Part shown: positions 36,045-48,819 of the stretch, one piece after another | Numbering within the stretch: the first letter of the stretch is position 1 | How the letters are laid out: the number at the start of each line of letters is the position of its first letter | DNA from: Octopus vulgaris | Taxonomy: Eukaryota | DNA length: 64,000 nucleotides | Assembly (NCBI GenBank): GCA_951406725.2 | Contig: OX597817.1 | Location: 52,886,001 to 52,950,000, forward strand | Direction of reading: 5' to 3' | The notes under the pieces: model-generated | Databases searched by the model: none | The model's input: only the letters and a program-made list of their open reading frames with translations | What the model was told of the DNA's origin: nothing | Position numbers and translations under genes: made by a program

Positions 36045-38504
36045 ATATATATATAGGCATCTTGTAGTAGTGGTATCCACTCTGTATGAAGTGTTTCTGT
36101 CATAAACATCCACCCATGGCCGACAACTGTTTTCCATTTTTTCTCGTTGTTTATGTATTTCATGTTATTTGCTCACCGTTGTTGACGTCCTGTACCCATA
36201 TATGCATGTATGTGTGTGTGTATATATATATAAAAAATCAATGGAAATTGTATTTGTGATCTCTGTGCCAGTGGCATGTAAAAAGCACCATCTGAACGTG
36301 GCCAATACCAGCGCCGCCTTGACTGGCTTCTGTACTGGTAGCACGTAAAAAGCACCAACTGATGGTGGCCGTTGCCAGCCCTGCCTGGCACGTAAAAAGC
36401 ACCCACTACACTCATGGAGTTGTTGGCATTAGGAAGGGCATCCAGCTGTAGAAACACTGCCAGATCAGACTGAAGCCTGGTACAGCCTCCTGGTTCCCAG
36501 ACCCCGGTCGAACTGTCCAACCCATGCTAGTGGACGTTAAACGATGATGATGATGATACCATCATCATCGTTGAACGTCCGTTTTTCATGCTGGCATGGG
36601 TTGGACGGTTTGACTGCAGCCTGGAGAGCCAGTAGCTGCATCAGGCTCCAAGTCTGATCTGGCAATCTTTCCACAGCTGGACGTCCTTCCTAACACCAAC
36701 CACTCTAAGAGTGTAGTGGGTGCTTTTTACGTGCCACCAGCACGAGGAACCATATGTAATTAGAATATTACACCCACCCTTTCCATTGGTCCCCAGACAC
36801 AATCTGTTATGACATTTAAAGCAGGTTTTTGTATCTCAGGGTCTTGAACAGTTCTGCCTTCAGCCAGACCAATCATTGACCTTAAATGTCTCTAGTACCG
36901 ACATTCCTTTGGCGCTGTAACACATTCCTTATATCCGTGTACATCTCGTCAAGAATGTTCTTTAAATTCTAAAAATCAAATAAAACATGTTAGGACAAAA
37001 TACAGGATGAAAGTTACAAAAAGGGTTTTGTCCGTTTGAAAAGTCCGTGTAAAAACGCAAGATAACAAGGAAAATATAACAAGTAAAAACTCCCAATAGG
37101 GGGAGGCGCTTCGAAAGGTTACTCGTGGAAAAACCCATGAAAGCCACGGGTATAGAGCCCCTTTCTCCTTTTGCCCTAGGTGTATGGAAAACACTCGGCA
37201 AGAAACGGAAGAAAATTTGAAGCAAAAAGGAAAATAATAATAATGATAATAATAATGATGATGATGATGATGAGCTTATTGTTTACAGTACTCAGGTGCA
37301 CTACAACTCATCAGAACAAAGTGGCCAAAATTGCATGAACAGAACATAGACTAATGCACAAGAAACAAACAGTGAATGAGTCATTACAAAAGGGTGGTGG
37401 TGGTGGGATATCAGGTGTATTGTTTGTGAATTTCAGAAAGCCTGGAAGTTTTGAAGGTTGTGGTGTCCTGACAGCTAACAACTGATGTGGATGTCCATTA
37501 TACATCCTTCTTTGTTTATGATTGGTAGGTTGTATTTGACGGGGATTTGGCTGCTATTTCTCCTTTTTGGCAATTTGCAAATTATAGTATTATTGACTGT
37601 AGGTTTTTTCACCAATGGGTCACTTATATATTTCTATTGGTGATAGTGAGATGGGAGTGTCTGTGTGACTTGGGTGGAATTAATACCACAAGGTAGTTTT
37701 GTTTGAATGAACTACCGGTTTATTAGTTTTTTTTCTGGAAAAAGATACACATATTTATACACATATGAATGCATACTTATATGTGTGTGTATGTATGTAT
37801 GTTTGTGTGTGTATGTATGTGATGTATGTATGTTTATGTGTGTATGTATGTGATGTATGTATGTCTGCGCATATTATGGGTGTGTGTGTGTATATATATA
37901 TATGTATGTGTGTATGTATACATATATGTGTGTGTATTATGTGCATGTGTGTGTGTATGTATGTATATGTATGTGTGTGTGTATGTATGTACCTTTTATA
38001 CTGTTACCTTTTATACACTGATGAAGATGTTAGGTGGATGTAGGACATTTTTTTACTTTGTAGTATTATGTAGGATTATAATTTGTTTCCATTTTTATAG
38101 GATGGTAGCCCATTTCATCCCAGCTGGAGTGGAATCCTGTCTTACTCCAGCTGGCCTCGTAGCCTATCTTTCCCTGGTTAGGATGATAGTTTTTGCAGCT
38201 CATCTCATTTCAACTGGGGTAATTGTTTGCTATATCCCAAGTGGGGTGAATGCCTGTCACATAATGAATAAGGCGACTATTTTGGGTGACATTCCTTGGT
38301 AATCTGGAACCTCTTCTAAACATCTAAGAGAACAGTGACGCATAGAATTCTGTGCCCTGTTCTCTTTCTTTTCCAAAGCAGTTTTGTTATTTTGTTATAT
38401 TTCAACTCTGGACCTGTGAGACTTCAGTCATTACCCATAGCCACCAACTCAATATTGCTTCTACTGTATATATGGTGCATGTGTGTGTGTGTGTGTATAA
38501 TATA

Positions 38505-38551
<47 letters not shown>

Positions 38552-38638
38552 AGAGTTCACGAAAAATACAAAAGACAAAGACAGGTGGTGTAGAAAACAA
38601 ACACACGTATTAGTATAGCACTCAGGAATAGAAAAAGT

Positions 38639-38674
38639 CTTTTACGTTTTGAGCCTACGCTCTTCTTCAGAAAG
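38639..38674 (-). ncRNA. Decayed minimal hammerhead ribozyme motif within a repeat (38550-38730)
   Basis: Minus strand reads CTTT-CTGAAGA-A-GAGC(GTAG)GCTC-AAAACGTA-AAAG. G12 is changed to A, consistent with CpG decay. Confidence 0.6.
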
Positions 38675-41600
38675 GGACGCAGACAAAAAAAGGAGAGAAA
38701 AAAAATGTGTGTAGTGGCTACCGATCTATCATGGCGACTGCCGTACAGAAGGGTCACACAGGAGAGCGAAGAAGTAGGGAAGATAACAAGGTAAAGTTAA
38801 TCCAGTGGTTAGAGTGTCGGGTGCATGATCATGAGGTAGTGAGTTCAATTCCTGGACCAGGCTGCGTATTGTGTTCTTGAGCAAGACAGTTTATTTCATG
38901 TAGTTCCAGTTCACTCATCTGTAGAAATGAGTTGCGACATCACTGGTGCCAAGCTGTATCGCCCCTTTGCCTTTCCCTTGCATAACATCAGTGGTGTGGA
39001 GAGGGGAGGTTGGTATACATAAGTGACTGCTGGCCTTACATAAACAACCCTGCTCAGACTTATGCTTCGGAGAGGAACTTTCTAGGTGCAACCCCATGGT
39101 CATTCATGACTGAAAGAGGTCTTTACTCTTTTACCCTTATATGTATATTTGAGTGGTTGCCGCATGGTTGACAGGTTAAGGAGTTCATTTTACAACCACA
39201 AGATCTTAGGTTTAATTCCATTATATAGAGGTCTTAGGTAAGTTTTTTTTTTGTTTTAGTATGGGATCAATCCAAATCTTGTAAATGAAATTTGGGAAGC
39301 AGAAAAGTGTATGGAAGGCCATTGGATGGATTGTATGTACCTGTAATTAAAAGCTTGTATGGGTCACACATGCCAGTGTCACATAAAAAGCACTTGTGCT
39401 GGTGCCACATATAAAGCACTGGTGTTAGTGCCACATAAGAGGCACCCAGTACATTCTGTAAAGTGGTTAGCATTAGGAAGGGCATCCAGCTGTAGCAACC
39501 CTGCCTAAAACAGACAACTGGAGCCTTGTGTTGCTCTTTGGTTGGCCAGCTCCTGTCTAATTGTTCAACCCATACCAGCGTGGAAAACAGACGTTAAGTG
39601 ATTATGATGATGATGTTCCTGTTTAAATAACTTGAATATGTTTAGCAATGGACTGTGTCTGTGTAGTGAAGTACCACTCTGCTCTAGTTTCACACTGTTT
39701 TTATCTGTACTTGTTAGTGTGTGAGTATTTATGTGTATGTATGAAGTTAAGACAAATGGTCTGAACTCCATTGTCCAGGTAAACTTGGTAATCTTGTTTG
39801 GTCTGTTCATAACAATTATACACATGATCACAACCATGGTTAGGTCACCTTCTGGAAATAACTGTCAAATCACATTGACTGTAACGAAGGCGAAATGCTA
39901 AGCGGTATTTCGTCTGCCGTTACGTTCTGAGTTCAAATTCTGCTGAGGTCAACTTTGTCTTTCATCCTTTCAGGGTCAATAAATTAAGTACCAGTTACGC
40001 ACTGGGGTTGATATAATCGACTTAATCCGTTTGTCTGTCCTTTTTTGTCCTCTCTGTGTTTAGCCTCTTGTGGGTAGTAAAGAAATGGGTATATTGAACA
40101 ATTTAGTCCTTGGTGTAAGACTAAATGTGCATATATATACACCACATGCTTGTATGTATTTTCTATGCTTACATGCTGATAAAGGAGCTTCTATGTGATC
40201 GGCTAGAAATAGCAGCCAAATCTCTCTAAACTGGATCTTACCGTATTGGAAAATGAAATGATGTATGCGAAAATGAAGTCTTGATGCACAGATAAGAAGT
40301 TGGGATGGGCATGACAGGAATGTTTTCAATCAAAGATCTACTTAGTCAGAGCAAAAACTACAAGAAAATTTCTACATGGGTCCTCAATCTGCTAGAAATA
40401 CCAGCTAAATCTCCTTCAAATTACATCCTGAAATCTTCAATGATTTCTTACTGGATATACAAACAGATACAACAGTTATGACTGGGACATGTTTCGCTGT
40501 GTGGTAAGAAGCTTGCTTCCCAACCACATGGTTCCAGGTTCAGTTTTACTGTGTGGCATCTCAGGCAAGTGTCTTCTACTATAGCCTCAGGCTGACCAAA
40601 GCCTTGCGAGTGGATTTGGTAGATGGAAACTGAAAGAAGCCCATCGTATATATCTATGTGTGTGTTTTTTGTGTTTGTATTTGTTCCCCCACCCCACCAC
40701 TTGAAACCAGTGTTGGCGTGTTTACATCCCTGTGACTTAGTGGTTTGGCAAAGAGACCAATAGAATAAGTACGAGGCTTAAAAAGAAAACAAGTACATGG
40801 GTTGATTCATTCGGCTAAAATTCCTCCAGGCAGTGCTCAAGCATGGCTGTAGTCTTGTGACTGAGACATTATCATCATCATATAACATCTGTTTTCCATG
40901 CTGGCATGAGTTGGATGGTTTGACAGGAGCTGACTAGGCAGACACAATGTCTGTTTTGGCAGGGGTTTTACAGCTGGATGCCCTTCCAAAACCGACCACT
41001 CCCACAGAGTGGTGTTAAAAAACCAAAAAACGAAAGGTTATGGATACACAGGGAACATAAGCATTAAAATAGTAAAGTATTTGTGTAAATGTGTGTGGGG
41101 AGGTGAGAGAGAGAGAAAGACAGAAAGATCTTTCTCTATGTGTGTGAACTTAATAGATTATTTTACCTAGAAGGTCCCCGGTTCATTCCCACTGCTAGCC
41201 TGCCTTGAACGGTTCAACAGGAACTGGCAAGCCAGAGGGCTGTACCAAGCTCTTATTGTCAGTTTTGGGCATGGTTTCTATGGCTGGATGCTCTTCCTAA
41301 TGTTAACCACCTTAGAGAGTATGCTGGTGGTTTTCGTGTGGCACCAGCATAGATGCTTCTTATGTGGTGCCATCATGGGTGCTTGACATCAGCTTGGGTG
41401 CCCTGTAAGTGGTGCTTTTTGTGTGGCACCAGCACAGGTGCTTCTTATGTGGTGCCAGCATGGGAGCCCTTTACGTAGTGCTGGAACGGGTGCTTTTCAT
41501 GTAGCACCAGCACAGGTGTTTCTTATGCAGTGCCAGCATGGGTGCTTGACATTAGCTTGGGTGCTTTTTACATGACATCAGCTTGGGTGCCCTTTACATA

Positions 41601-43141
41601 ATGCTGGAATGGGTGCTTCTCATGTGGCACCAGCATGGGTTGCTTTTTACATGACATCAGCTTGGGTGCCCTTTACATGGTGATGGAATAGGTGCTTTTT
41701 ACATGACACTTGTAAGGTCACCAAGTAGCTTACAAGGCTAAGACCTCTCAACTGAGGGAGGGAGTGGAATCGAGGGAAGTAGGTGTGTGTCAGGTGAGAG
41801 GTTAGAGTATAATAGAGGGACAGAGATAGTGGTCTTACGATATAAAGGATACTTGGCTACCCAAAGAGAAGAAGGGGAGAGAGAATTAGAAAAGGATAGA
41901 GAGACAGTCAGAGTGAGAGAGAGAGAGAAAATAGATGGTGCTGGAGATGTATTGGGGCCTATCTATAGAGAACAGTGAGTAGGTGGGGAGTATAAGTTGT
42001 ACAGTGGGGATAAAAGGGTATGTTCCATAAAAGTGTGAGGGGAGAGATTTAGAGATGGGGAAGACATAGCTGTCTTTTTATATTTTTAGGTTACAAGATT
42101 TGAGGGTATTTGGCTTCTATTTCTAGCTGGTATAACAATCACATACAAGCTCCCTAAATAGTAACAGACATGAATGAAGATGTGGTGGTGTTCAGGTTTT
42201 TGTTGGAAGATGTTTTAATTGAGGTATTTGGACAGTTTCCAAAAAATCTTTGCTTTGAAAGACTGATGAAGGCACTGTCAGTTAAGGACATGAAATATAG
42301 GCGCATGCTATTGTCATCAGCTGGCTGTGTGCATTTGTGCATGTACTCTCGTATGTGTGTGTGTGTTTGTATATGCACATGTGTATGTGTGCATATGTAA
42401 GATGCAGGATATTGAAGCAAAGTTCTTTCACACACTGTTTAGTTATTAATCATTGATTTATGACACTACTCTGTCAAACAACTGCTGTGATGTGTAAGGA
42501 GTAGAACCAGCTGGCTACCAGGATTATTCTGTCACTGTCTTTTGACCAAATTCTGGTTTGGCTGGAGGCTGGGGGCCAAAGAAATGGTATAAGGGATTAT
42601 TAAATAGACGTTGGCATCAGGCATTTTTCATCTCCAATGTGAAGCTAATTATTTCTTCCAACTACCAGAATGGAAGAGACTAGTTCTGCTTTGGGGCAAC
42701 ATGTACAAGACTTGAAGGAGGTGGGAGGGGGATCAACAAAATCTGTTTTCGTACCATAGGCTTAAGCAAGGTAAGGGGGTTTTGCTTGGAGTAAAGGGCT
42801 GTCAGGAATTTAAAGGGATTGATCCTTCTTTGCCAGCTGTTTCCCTTTATGTTGTCTTGTAGCTCTTGTCTCTCAGGAAGGAGAATCATGCGAAGAAGTG
42901 TTATAGAGTTATTTGAACATGTCAGCACAGAAATTAGCACATGTTTCAAGAACAATTATTGTCGTTGATGTTGTTGCTATTGTTGTTGTTGTTCTTCTTT
43001 GACCTTGACCTTGAATAGACCTAGTTATTATTATAATTATAATTAAGTACCAGAGTTGATGTAATTGATTTCTTCCTTCCCCTTAGAAGTTGCTAGTGCT
43101 GTGCTAAAATTTGAAATCTTTATTATTAAAATAAGATTGTG

Positions 43142-43172
<31 letters not shown>

Positions 43173-43173
43173 T

Positions 43174-43223
<50 letters not shown>

Positions 43224-43525
43224 GCATATATATACATATATAGGTTGTAGGAAGGGTATCCAACTGTAAAAACCATGCCAAATCAAATTGTAACTTGGTG
43301 CAGGTCCCCAACTTACCAGTTTTCAATCAAATCAGCCAACCTATGCCAGCATGGAAAATGGACGTTAAATGATGATGATGATGATGACGACGATATATAT
43401 ATATATATCACTGTGATCAGTGTGACCGACCAGGCTATCAGATGTTGCTACACATCGCTGGTCACAATGCGCTTCGCATTGTTTTAGCCTTTGAATGACG
43501 CCACCCCGCTGGCTAAGCGAGCAGG

Positions 43526-43578
<53 letters not shown>

Positions 43579-43776
43579 ACATGGTGAAGTGAAGTAAGAT
43601 TCAAAATTCAGGTAAAAACCTGTGCAAAGCTTGTCCACAGTCATTGGCTACCTGATGCCATCATGCAGTGGAAATACTCTTGCTGCTGGATATACACGAG
43701 GAATTTTACAGTATCCGTAGAGTTTATATAAATAGACAAATGATAGAAAATGGAATTAATGACATTCTTTATTAAA

Positions 43777-43884
43777 AATCACTACAATTGTTTCGATGCT
43801 CTCTTACACCTGTAGTTCACTGGTAAGATGTTGTGTAATCCTCAACTTACATCAAAGGTGTAAAATGCACCTCCTCAGGTGATT
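43777..43884 (-). ncRNA. Type-I hammerhead ribozyme candidate (Penelope pLTR-like context)
   Basis: Minus strand reads AATCAC-CTGAGGA-GGTGC...GCATC-GAAAC-AATT-GTA-GTGATT. All core nucleotides are present, with a 6-bp helix I, extended helix II and palindromic minimal helix III. AATAAA follows immediately downstream. Confidence 0.8.
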
Positions 43885-44708
43885 AGTTAAATAAGTTCTT
43901 TATTAGATTCTCTTGCCATTTCACAATCCATACCGAATGTTATGTGTCATTCCCAACATTTGGTCTATTTTATGGTTTACAGACAAAACTAAAACTGTAA
44001 GATAGAGTGATGGACCAAATGCAATGATAACCAATATAAATAACATCATTATCATCATCATCATTGTCATCATCATTTAATTCCTGTTGTCCATGCTGGC
44101 ATGGGTTGGATGGTTTGACCAGGGACTATAAGCTACGGGGCTGCACCAGACTTCAGTCTGATTTAGCACGATTTCTGTGGCTGGACACCCTTCCTAATGC
44201 CAACCATTCCGAAAGTGTAATGGGTGCTTTTAACCAGCATGGGTGCCAGTTGTGGTGACACCAGTATCTGCCATGATTATGATTTCACTTGGCTTGATGG
44301 GTCTTCTACTCAAGCACAGCATATTGTCAAAAGTTTTGGTCAATTGTCATTGTCTCCATGAGGCCCAATGCTAGAAAAGTGCTTTTTATGTTCCACTGGC
44401 ACAAGCACCAGTTATATGACACCAGCATCTACCTTATAATTTCACTTGACTTGACCGGTCTTTTTGAGCAGGCATATCGCCAAAGGTCTTGGTCACTAGT
44501 CATATATATGTGTATGTGTATGTATCTATGTGTATATATATATAGAGAGAAAGAGGAGTGACTGTGTGGTAAGTAGCTTGCTTACCAACCACATGGTTCC
44601 GGGTTCTGTCCCACTGCATGGCACGTTGGGCTAATGTCCTCTACTATAGCCCTGGGCTGACCAAAACCTTGTGAGTGGATTTGGGAGATGGAAACTGGAA
44701 GAAGCCCA

Positions 44709-44768
<60 letters not shown>

Positions 44769-45398
44769 GTGCAGGTGGCATGTAAAAAGCTGCCACTACA
44801 CTCACGGAGTGGTTGGCGTTAGGAAGGGCATCCGTAGAAACACTGCCAAATCTGACTGGGCCTGATGAAGCCTCCCAGCTTCACAGACCCCAGTTAAACC
44901 GTCCAACCCATGCTAGCATGGAAAACGGACGCTAAATGATGATGATGATGATGTATGTATGTGTATATGTGAAAATAATGCCTAGCTGTGGGGTTAACAA
45001 GTTCAATCTATATAGTCACCTCTTGTGCAGATGTCTTCTTCTGTCACCCAAAGCTTGTGACTGCAAATGGCAGATGGAACCTGCATGTGTGTGTATGTGT
45101 GTGTAGCTTACATACATGCAGTATACTAAAAAGAACTGACAACTAAATGTGATTTTACCTTATTCTGAGCTCAGTATTAAGTACCCGGCCACTCCTGGTG
45201 TCCTACTTGTTGATATACCTAGATTCAAATGAATCTACTAACTAGTCTATTTACCTTTATATATATATATATATATATATAAATATATGTACACACCTAT
45301 ATTTATAAATAGGTGTGTATGTATAAATGTATATATATATCTGTGGGGCCTGTCTTTGCATATGAGTGTACACATTTATACATCTAAATATATATTAC

Positions 45399-45458
<60 letters not shown>

Positions 45459-46394
45459 ATATAACTACGTAATAGTTGTCTAACCAAGTGTGTGGTTGCC
45501 ACTAATTTCTCCACAAAAGATCAAATACTTTGTCTGCCAGTGCACTCAGCTACACTCATGCATGTACGTGTGTGGATATATGTGTGTGTGTGTGTGTGTG
45601 TGTGAGCTTGTATGTATGTGTGTATATGTTAAATGATGAGTAGGTGTATGTGTAAATACTTTGTCAGAATTTCATCAGCATCTGGAATGTCCTTCCCCTC
45701 CACATTTTTTGTTGTTGTTGGAATTTCAGAGTCTATGTAGTTCCAAGGGCTGAATTATATATATATACATACATACATTTGTGAATTCTCCCTACACACA
45801 CACATGTATACACATACACACACACACAAATATGGTTGTGACTCACTATGTATGTGTTTATATATATATATATATGATTTGATTTTGATTTGATTTATAT
45901 ATATATATATATATTCTTTTATTCTTTTACTGGTTTCAGTCATTTGACTGTAGCCATGCTGGGGCACCACCTTTAGTTAAACAAATCGACCCCAGGACTT
46001 ATTCTTTGACAAACAAATTGACCCCTAGTACTTATTCTATCTGTCTCTTTTGCTGAACTGCTAAGTTATGGGGACGTAAACATGCCAACATCATTTGTCA
46101 ACTGATGGTGAGGTGACAAACACAGACTACACGAATACATAGATACATACATACATATATACATACATGTATGTGTGTGTGTGTGGATATATATATATAT
46201 ATAGTCTGTGTTTGTCACCCCACCATCACTTGACAACTGATGTTGGCATGTTTACGTCCCCGTAACTTAGCAGTTCAGCAAAAGAGACAGATAGAATAAG
46301 TCCTGGGGTCGATTTGTGTAACTAAAGGTAGTGCGCCAGCATGGCCACAGCCAAATGACTGAAACAAGTAAAAGAATATATATATATATTTGTG

Positions 46395-46713
46395 TGTGTG
46401 TAACCTCGGTGTGAAATAATTTTTTTTCCATAGGTTTCTTTCGAGTGCATCAACATATCTCACCTCCAAAGATTTGGCTGCTATTTGTGATAAAGGACCC
46501 AAAATACCTGTTACATGGTAGCAGGGTGTGCAAAAAATAGCAGCCAAATCTTTCCTTTTCCGGAGAAAGGAGCCATTTACATGTAATTTTCATGTCATAT
46601 TTATTGAAACCATGTGAAATAACCTGGAAAAGGAAAAAAAAGCCACAAAACAAAACTCCGTTCCTGGGAAACTCAGACTTTCCCAGTGACCCAATGGGTC
46701 ACAGGTAGTCTAG
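46395..46713 (+). mobile_element. Helitron-like non-autonomous element 3' end (5' boundary uncertain)
   Basis: Hairpin GTGACCC-AAT-GGGTCAC (46686-46702), a 7-nt spacer, then CTAG (46710-46713) followed by T. Confidence 0.55.
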
Positions 46714-47929
46714 TATATATATATATATTCTTTTATTCTTTTATTCATTCAGTCATTTTGACTGCAGCCATGCTGGAGCACCGCCTTTAGTTGAGCAAAT
46801 CGACCCCAGAACTTATTCTTTTTAAGCCTAGTACTTATTCTATTGGTCTCTTATGCCGAACTGCTAAATTACTGGGACGTAAACTCACCAGCATCGATGT
46901 CAAGCGATGTTGGGGGACAAACAGACACAAATATATACACACATACATATATATAAATATATATATACTATGGGCTTCTTTCAGTTTCCATCTACCAAAT
47001 CCACTCACAAGGCTTTGGTCGGCTCGAGGCTATAGTAGAAGACACTTGCCCAAGGTGCCACGCAGTGGGAATGAACCTATATATACACACGCACACGTAT
47101 ATACTCTGTATATACATAAATATATACATGCATGTAAGTGTGTATCTCTTTATAATGGGTACATTCGTGGCTATGTGGTTAAGAAGTTTGCTTTGCAACC
47201 ATATGGTTCTGGGTTCAGTCCCTCTGTGCTGCAGCTTGCCAAGGTCGACTTTGCCTTTCATCCTTCCGGGGTCGATAAATTAAGTACCAGTTACGCACTG
47301 GGGTCGATGTAATCGACTTAATCCGGTTGTCTGTTCTTGTTTGTCCTCTCTGTATTTAGCCCCTTGTGGGCAATAAAGAAATAAGAATCATTAACATCTT
47401 GGGTAGAATGTTTAGTGGCATTTCTTCTTGTTCTTTATGTTCTGAGTTCATATTCTGCTGAGGGTCACTATACCTTTCTCCCTTTCTGGGTTGATACAGT
47501 AATTACCAACTGAGCACCAGGGTGGATGCAACCAATTAACTCCCTCCCCACAAAATTTCAGGCCTTGTGCCCATGGTAGAAAGAATTAGTATTATTATTA
47601 ACGAAAGTATACGGTATAACTGATCCATTACAGTCAATGATAACGATAGGTTTCACACAACATATAAGATAACTGGGCAGTTATCTAATACACCTGTTCT
47701 TCAGGGATGTCAGGTATGGAAAAAAATTTGGTGACAGTTTTCTGTTATTGGTGGTGAGAATATGTTACATGTGGTTTGTGGGGGTTGCGATAAAGACAAA
47801 ATGAAGTCACATGAGACAATGAAGTGAGAGAGTTATCGCAAATTACGTCTCTTGGCTCACTTGGGCGTTGTACCCTGGCTGAAATTCCATAAATCCTTTA
47901 TTTGTTTCCAAGGTAAATTTAAGGTAAAT

Positions 47930-48195
47930 ATCTATAGATTTAAGACTTCTGATAGGACCTTACTTTTTTCAGACAAAACTAAGAATTTCGGAAGAGTAGG
48001 AAAAGATACTTATGCACAGTTACTTAATAACAGCCTCACACAAGCTTCCAAGAAGGTAACCCCTCAAGCTTTTGGTAGCTTTAAACATGAGGCCAGAGAA
48101 ATAACTTTGAGACTAGGTGTAGCGGATAGGATTGAAACACTAGCAAAAAGAGAGACCTATATAACAATCAAAGACCATAAAACAAACTTTACTTC
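47930..48195 (+). pseudogene. Penelope-like element RT N-terminal fragment
   Basis: LLFSDKTKNFGRVGKDTYAQLLNNSLT...EAREITLRLGVADRIETLAKRETYITIKDHKTNF resembles the ADKT.N...Y..LL...ITLKDHK.NF region of Penelope-like RTs. It is cut by a repeat insertion at about 48200. Confidence 0.75.
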
Positions 48196-48509
48196 TATCC
48201 TCCTCGTCATCATTGTTTAACGTCTGCTTTCCATGCTGGCATGGGTTGGACAGTTTCACTGAGGAATGGTGAGCCAGAGGCTGCACCAGCTCAATCTGAT
48301 CTGGCAAAGTTTCTACAGCTGGATGTCCTTCCCAATGCCAACCACTCCAAGAGTGTAGTGGGTACTTTTACGTGCCACTAGCATGAGGACCAGTCAGTGG
48401 TTCTAGCAATGACCACACTCATTTGGATAAAGATTTTAATCTTAACTTGCTCCTATTGCAAACTTTAAATATATATATATGTGTTTTTATATAGATATAT
48501 ATATATTGT

Positions 48510-48755
48510 TGTTTTGTTCCTTCTCGAGCCATGCCTGGCTCATAGGGCCGGTTTCCCAGTTTCCTTGGCATATAGGTTCCCCACCTGGATGGGACGCCGG
48601 TCCGTCACAGGTGAGCTGCAAGATGCAGGAGGAAAGAGCGAGAGAAAGCTGTAGCGAAAGAGTCAGCAGAAGTTTGCCATTACCTTCTGCTGAGATTCGA
48701 ACTTGCAATCCCTTGACCGTGAGTCTACTACTCTAACCACTAGGCTATGTGCCCC
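48510..48755 (-). mobile_element. tRNA-derived SINE (family D)
   Basis: Minus-strand head GGCACATAGCCTAGTGGTTAGAGTAG...AGTTCGAATCTC, and body GGACCGGCGTCCCATCCAGG. A related body lies at 56200-56375. Confidence 0.65.
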
Positions 48756-48759
48756 CACC

Positions 48760-48819
<60 letters not shown>

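Noticed and set aside
38086-38302. Second exon after TTTTTATAG at ~38100
   Set aside because: The phase-0 frame hits a stop after 26 codons, the only donor is weak, and there is no recognisable protein similarity.
42170-42400. 76-aa ORF as an exon
   Set aside because: It has no good acceptor and runs into a (TG)n repeat.
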